Assembly: GCA_900771195.1 (NCBI GenBank)
Contig: CAAGMZ010000018.1
Location: 1,195 to 65,194, forward strand
DNA length: 64,000 nucleotides
DNA from: Lachnospiraceae bacterium
Lineage (GTDB): Bacteria; Bacillota; Clostridia; Lachnospirales; Lachnospiraceae
Direction: 5' to 3'
Below are positions 60,820 through 64,000 of the stretch, piece after piece. Position 1 is the first letter of the stretch; every line of letters begins with the position of its first letter. The notes below the pieces were generated by a model. That model was not told the origin of the DNA. It made no database searches and saw only the letters and a list, made by a program, of their open reading frames with translations. Position numbers and translations under genes: made by a program.

Positions 60820-61578
60820 TTATTTCTCCGATTCCATCAGGTAATCAATAAATTTCTCTGCATTTTCCTTCTGATCAGAACTCGCTACGATTCCGATTAC
60901 CGGTTTTTTGCTGAGATTTTTGATTTCATCATATCGCTCACAGCCCTCAAGACTTATTCCGTAAGCCGCCTCGGGGCCTCTTCCGTTACGGTTGTCTTCC
61001 ATCTCCACCGTTCCGTCATCAAGATAACCTCTGGCATAATAAAGCCTTGACCTGACCTCATCGCTCATGTTGTCACCATAATACTCAGAAAGGTCTTCAA
61101 AATATCCGCCTCCGGCCAGTATGCTGAACTGTGTCTCATCCGCAATTATCACATCTATATCTCCTGCCGAGCTGTAAACCTGTATCCTGTTCAGTCCGTC
61201 GCTTGAAGTATAAAAATAATCATCAATCATGACCTTTTCATGCTTGGAAGTGCATATGAGCTGTTCAAGCAGGGAAGTCAGTTCATCAACCTTATTTTCT
61301 TCAAGCTGTTCATCCACAATTGCCACATAAAGCGATGTAGTCTTCCCGGAGCCGAACGACCCGTGAATAAGAACCGCAATAAAAAATACAACGGCTAACG
61401 CCACAACAATCTTCCACATAATGTAGTCTTTGAAAAACTGCCACTTGCCTTTACGGTCAAGCTCCTTCCATGTCTGCTTTACCGTCTTATCTTCACGTCT
61501 GCTGTATATGTCAGCGTTCTCTTCAAGAGCCGTGCCCTTATATAATTCATCCTGATTGTTATCAGCTGTCTGTTTCAT
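60820..61578 (-). CDS. Membrane-anchored protein with a substrate-binding-protein-like segment
   Basis: KWQFFKDY + TM, IDVIIAD, FEDLS. Confidence 0.65.
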   Translation of the reverse strand: MKQTADNNQDELYKGTALEENADIYSRREDKTVKQTWKELDRKGKWQFFKDYIMWKIVVALAVVFFIAVLIHGSFGSGKTTSLYVAIVDEQLEENKVDELTSLLEQLICTSKHEKVMIDDYFYTSSDGLNRIQVYSSAGDIDVIIADETQFSILAGGGYFEDLSEYYGDNMSDEVRSRLYYARGYLDDGTVEMEDNRNGRGPEAAYGISLEGCERYDEIKNLSKKPVIGIVASSDQKENAEKFIDYLMESEK

Positions 61579-61735
61579 AATACGCCCTCATTTTCTGTGC
61601 TCCTGCAATACACATCATCATTGTACCGAACCTCATGCTTCGTACAAGATTGCTTTCTCATTCTATCATATTTATCATAAAAACGCATTAGGTTTATGTA
61701 ATTTTTAATGAAATATTAATAATTTCTGAAAAAGT

Positions 61736-61817
61736 GGCTGTAAAAAAATCCTTGAAAAAGTAAAGACATCTGTCCACCTCTGTGAGCAGATGTCTCATTT
61801 TAAGACTTTTTACAGCC
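61736..61817. repeat. GGCTGTAAAA...TTTTACAGCC hairpin element
   Basis: Outer arms ggctgtaaaaa/tttttacagcc, inner stem agacatctg/cagatgtct. Confidence 0.7.
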
Positions 61818-61832
61818 TCTTGTAAAATTTCT

Positions 61833-62291
61833 CTAAACAACTCCAAAGCATTTAAGCACCCAGTATATCAGTCCAAGCAGCCAGCTTGTAAGGATTCCGT
61901 AAAGAATTACAGGTCCTGCAATGGTGAATATCTTAGCTCCCACGCCGAACACCTGCCCCTCCTTCTTGAACTCTATCGCCGATGCTGCCACGGAATTGGC
62001 AAATCCTGTTATAGGCACCAGCGAGCCCGCCCCTCCGAATTTGGTAATTACCGGGTACAATCCGAATGCCGTGAGAACAACCGAGATAAATACCAGAATA
62101 AGCGAACACCATGTTGATGCCGTAACCCTGTCCATATGATAAAAATATGTGCAGCAATTATATATTATCTGTCCAAGAATGCTTATGGCGCCTCCCGTCA
62201 CGAAAGCCTTTGCCATCTGAATCCACAGATTGTGGGTCGGTGTCACGCTTTCCACATACTGGTTATACTGTTTCTTCTCATCTTCATTCAT
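61833..62291 (-). CDS. spoVAC: Stage V sporulation protein AC
   Basis: AFVTGG, GAGSLVPITGFAN, IFTIAGPVILYG. Confidence 0.95.
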   Translation of the reverse strand: MNEDEKKQYNQYVESVTPTHNLWIQMAKAFVTGGAISILGQIIYNCCTYFYHMDRVTASTWCSLILVFISVVLTAFGLYPVITKFGGAGSLVPITGFANSVAASAIEFKKEGQVFGVGAKIFTIAGPVILYGILTSWLLGLIYWVLKCFGVV

Positions 62292-62348
62292 ACAAGAACC
62301 CCCTTAGCCGGTTTTTATATTATTCTGTGACAAAAAACTTCTGTTTAT

Positions 62349-62771
62349 TCAGCCCATCATGTCGTGCATGAAATAAAACAGACTCCCTATTCCTTTTCCC
62401 AATGCAAAAAATATTATAACTATACACAGTCCTGTTGTAAGTCTTGCGCGTCTCACAAATATCGGTATGCTCTTAACTGTTTCTGCTAACGACACAAGGA
62501 AACAGCCGATGAAAATACCGGCAAACACTCCGTATACAGCTATCACCCAGTTCCACACGACAATATGCGGCATAAACACAAACAGTGCGTTTCCCACCGC
62601 TGCACCGATTATTATCATGCTCTCATACCATCTTATCCTGTTGGCGGTATTGGTGTACTGTGCAAATCTTGTTATTACCCCGATTGATGCAATCAGTGCA
62701 AAATATCCGCTTGCCGTGGCGACTCCGGCAGAAAGCCCGAAAAAAGCCATCAAAACAATCCTAATCCACAT
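62349..62771 (-). CDS. spoVAB: Stage V sporulation protein AB
   Basis: GIFIGC...LAE...PIFVRR, ALGKGIGSL. Confidence 0.92.
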   Translation of the reverse strand: MWIRIVLMAFFGLSAGVATASGYFALIASIGVITRFAQYTNTANRIRWYESMIIIGAAVGNALFVFMPHIVVWNWVIAVYGVFAGIFIGCFLVSLAETVKSIPIFVRRARLTTGLCIVIIFFALGKGIGSLFYFMHDMMG

Positions 62772-63381
62772 CAGTCTTTCCCTCTCTGGCGCTCTCGTTT
62801 ATAACGGCGGTATTTACATCATCCTCGTAAAGGCGCATCTGAACCTCAAGCGGCGTAGGGTCCTTTTCCAGTCTCCTTTTGCCAAGGTGGTTGTAAAATA
62901 CAATGATTCCGGCCGTCAGCCCCACACAGTATGCAATCTGCAGAATGTTCAACGCATCCTCTCCACCGGTGGCAAACCGGCATATGGCTGACATGACCGA
63001 ATTGATATCAATATCATTTCCGTAAGCCATAATGGCAAACGCCCCTCCGAAAAGCACTATCATTGACACAAGGGCAACCTTGAGCCACTGAACTGCCCTG
63101 TTGGTGTGAATTTCCCGCTTATATGACACCACAAATTCAGGAACTCCCACGTTGTTGATATCAACGTTCTGGCATTCACTGTCAATAAGGCTTATAACTT
63201 TTATTGCGGAAAATACATATCTGCGGCTTTTTACGTCAGGCACGTTGGCAAGCACTATCGACTTCACCCTTGAAGCTATGTGGTTATCCTTGCACCACAC
63301 ATCCGCAACCTTGCCCACTGTTATTTTTTTCGTGTCTACCTGCGTATTTTTCGAAAAACTTATATATACTGTTTCGCTCAT
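62761..63381 (-). CDS. spoVAA: Stage V sporulation protein AA
   Basis: FYNH...DPTPLEVQMRLYE. Confidence 0.92.
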   Translation of the reverse strand: MSETVYISFSKNTQVDTKKITVGKVADVWCKDNHIASRVKSIVLANVPDVKSRRYVFSAIKVISLIDSECQNVDINNVGVPEFVVSYKREIHTNRAVQWLKVALVSMIVLFGGAFAIMAYGNDIDINSVMSAICRFATGGEDALNILQIAYCVGLTAGIIVFYNHLGKRRLEKDPTPLEVQMRLYEDDVNTAVINESAREGKTDVD

Positions 63382-63407
63382 ATTTTTCTCCCGAAACGCT
63401 TTTTCAT

Positions 63408-63436
63408 TAGTTTGTGAAAAAAAAGATTATTTATTC
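63408..63436 (-). promoter_or_regulatory. Putative forespore sigmaG promoter of spoVA
   Basis: GAATA-17 bp-CAAACTA on minus strand. Confidence 0.55.
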
Positions 63437-64000
63437 AGATCCATTGATTTTCTCATTCTCAGAAGTATTTTCTTTTCAAGTCTTGAAACCTGAACCTGCG
63501 ATATTCCAAGTGCTTCGGCAACCTGTGTCTGTGTTTTGTCCTCATAATACCGCATCTGTATCAGCCTTCTCTCATTGTCATCAAGCTCGTCAAGAAGCTG
63601 CTTTACCACCATTTTATCAAGGACCGCCTCGTTATCGCCTGCCCTTGATGTGGCAGCAAGCTTATCTACTACATATATTTTGCTTCCGTCTCCCTGATAT
63701 GCCGTCTGGTATATGGATTCCACATCTTTACCCGCATCTAAGGCAAGCACTATGTCATCTGCGTCGATGCCTGTGATTTCAGCAATTTCTTCAATGGTCG
63801 CATCCCTGCCGTAACGTTTCGTCACCTGTTCCGATGCCTGTTTTATTTTGAGGCCGTTCTCTTTTATGGAGCGCGATATCTTTATCATGCCGTCATCCCT
63901 CAGGAAACGCTTGACTTCACCGGATATCATTGGAAAAGCATAGGTGCTCAGCATTACGGGCTGATTAAGGTCAAATTTGTCGATTGCTTTTATGAGTCCT
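63427..64000 (-). CDS. sigF: Sporulation sigma factor SigF (5' end outside window)
   Basis: GLIKAIDKFD...STYAFPMISGEVKRFLRDDGMIKISRS...TQTQVAEALGISQVQVSRLEKKIL; upstream of spoVA. Confidence 0.92.
   Translation of the reverse strand, partial: GLIKAIDKFDLNQPVMLSTYAFPMISGEVKRFLRDDGMIKISRSIKENGLKIKQASEQVTKRYGRDATIEEIAEITGIDADDIVLALDAGKDVESIYQTAYQGDGSKIYVVDKLAATSRAGDNEAVLDKMVVKQLLDELDDNERRLIQMRYYEDKTQTQVAEALGISQVQVSRLEKKILLRMRKSMDLNK

Noticed and set aside
61575..61661. 28-aa ORF (MRKQSCTKHEV...) as a spoVAD remnant
   Set aside because: No recognisable similarity to SpoVAD and no SD
1..64000. tRNA or rRNA genes
   Set aside because: No cloverleaf/T-loop or rRNA-like sequence seen in any intergenic gap by eye; tRNAscan/Infernal not run

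Overview
Chromosomal window from a spore-forming Clostridia member, most consistent with Lachnospiraceae (sigF-spoVAA/AB/AC, SASP gene, gene content). From about 11.2 kb onward it is mostly ordinary backbone: csp-hslO, rpmE-prmC-prfA-glpK, rho plus an AlgI/AlgJ/SGNH O-acetylation cluster, malic enzyme, tig-clpP-clpX-lon-ysxC, an ABC-2 exporter, manA, asd, a Cys/Met operon with an Rrf2(CymR)-like operator, and a GH130/ABC/AraC mannoside locus. The first 10.7 kb is accessory. It ends in a large serine recombinase whose stop codon abuts the start-less 3' half of a YtlA/NMT1-type ABC substrate-binding gene, and a sigmaE-like promoter precedes the recombinase. This suggests a skin-like, sporulation-excised gene-intervening element whose left end lies outside the window. 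Its cargo includes a HEPN-motif/Hanks Ser/Thr kinase fusion missing from the ORF track (1..1089, minus), a DUF4145(HEPN)-2TM protein, Zn-ribbon membrane proteins, lipoproteins, XRE regulators plus a duplicated XRE remnant, an AAA-PD(D/E)xK protein, and a structured non-coding tract (REP/MITE-like hairpins flanking four AGATAA...TTATCT palindromes). Also noted: catalytically degenerate PdaA-like and YhfC-like proteins and a frameshifted PadR-DUF1700-DUF4097 operon. All family calls come from motif reading by eye; no database searches were run.
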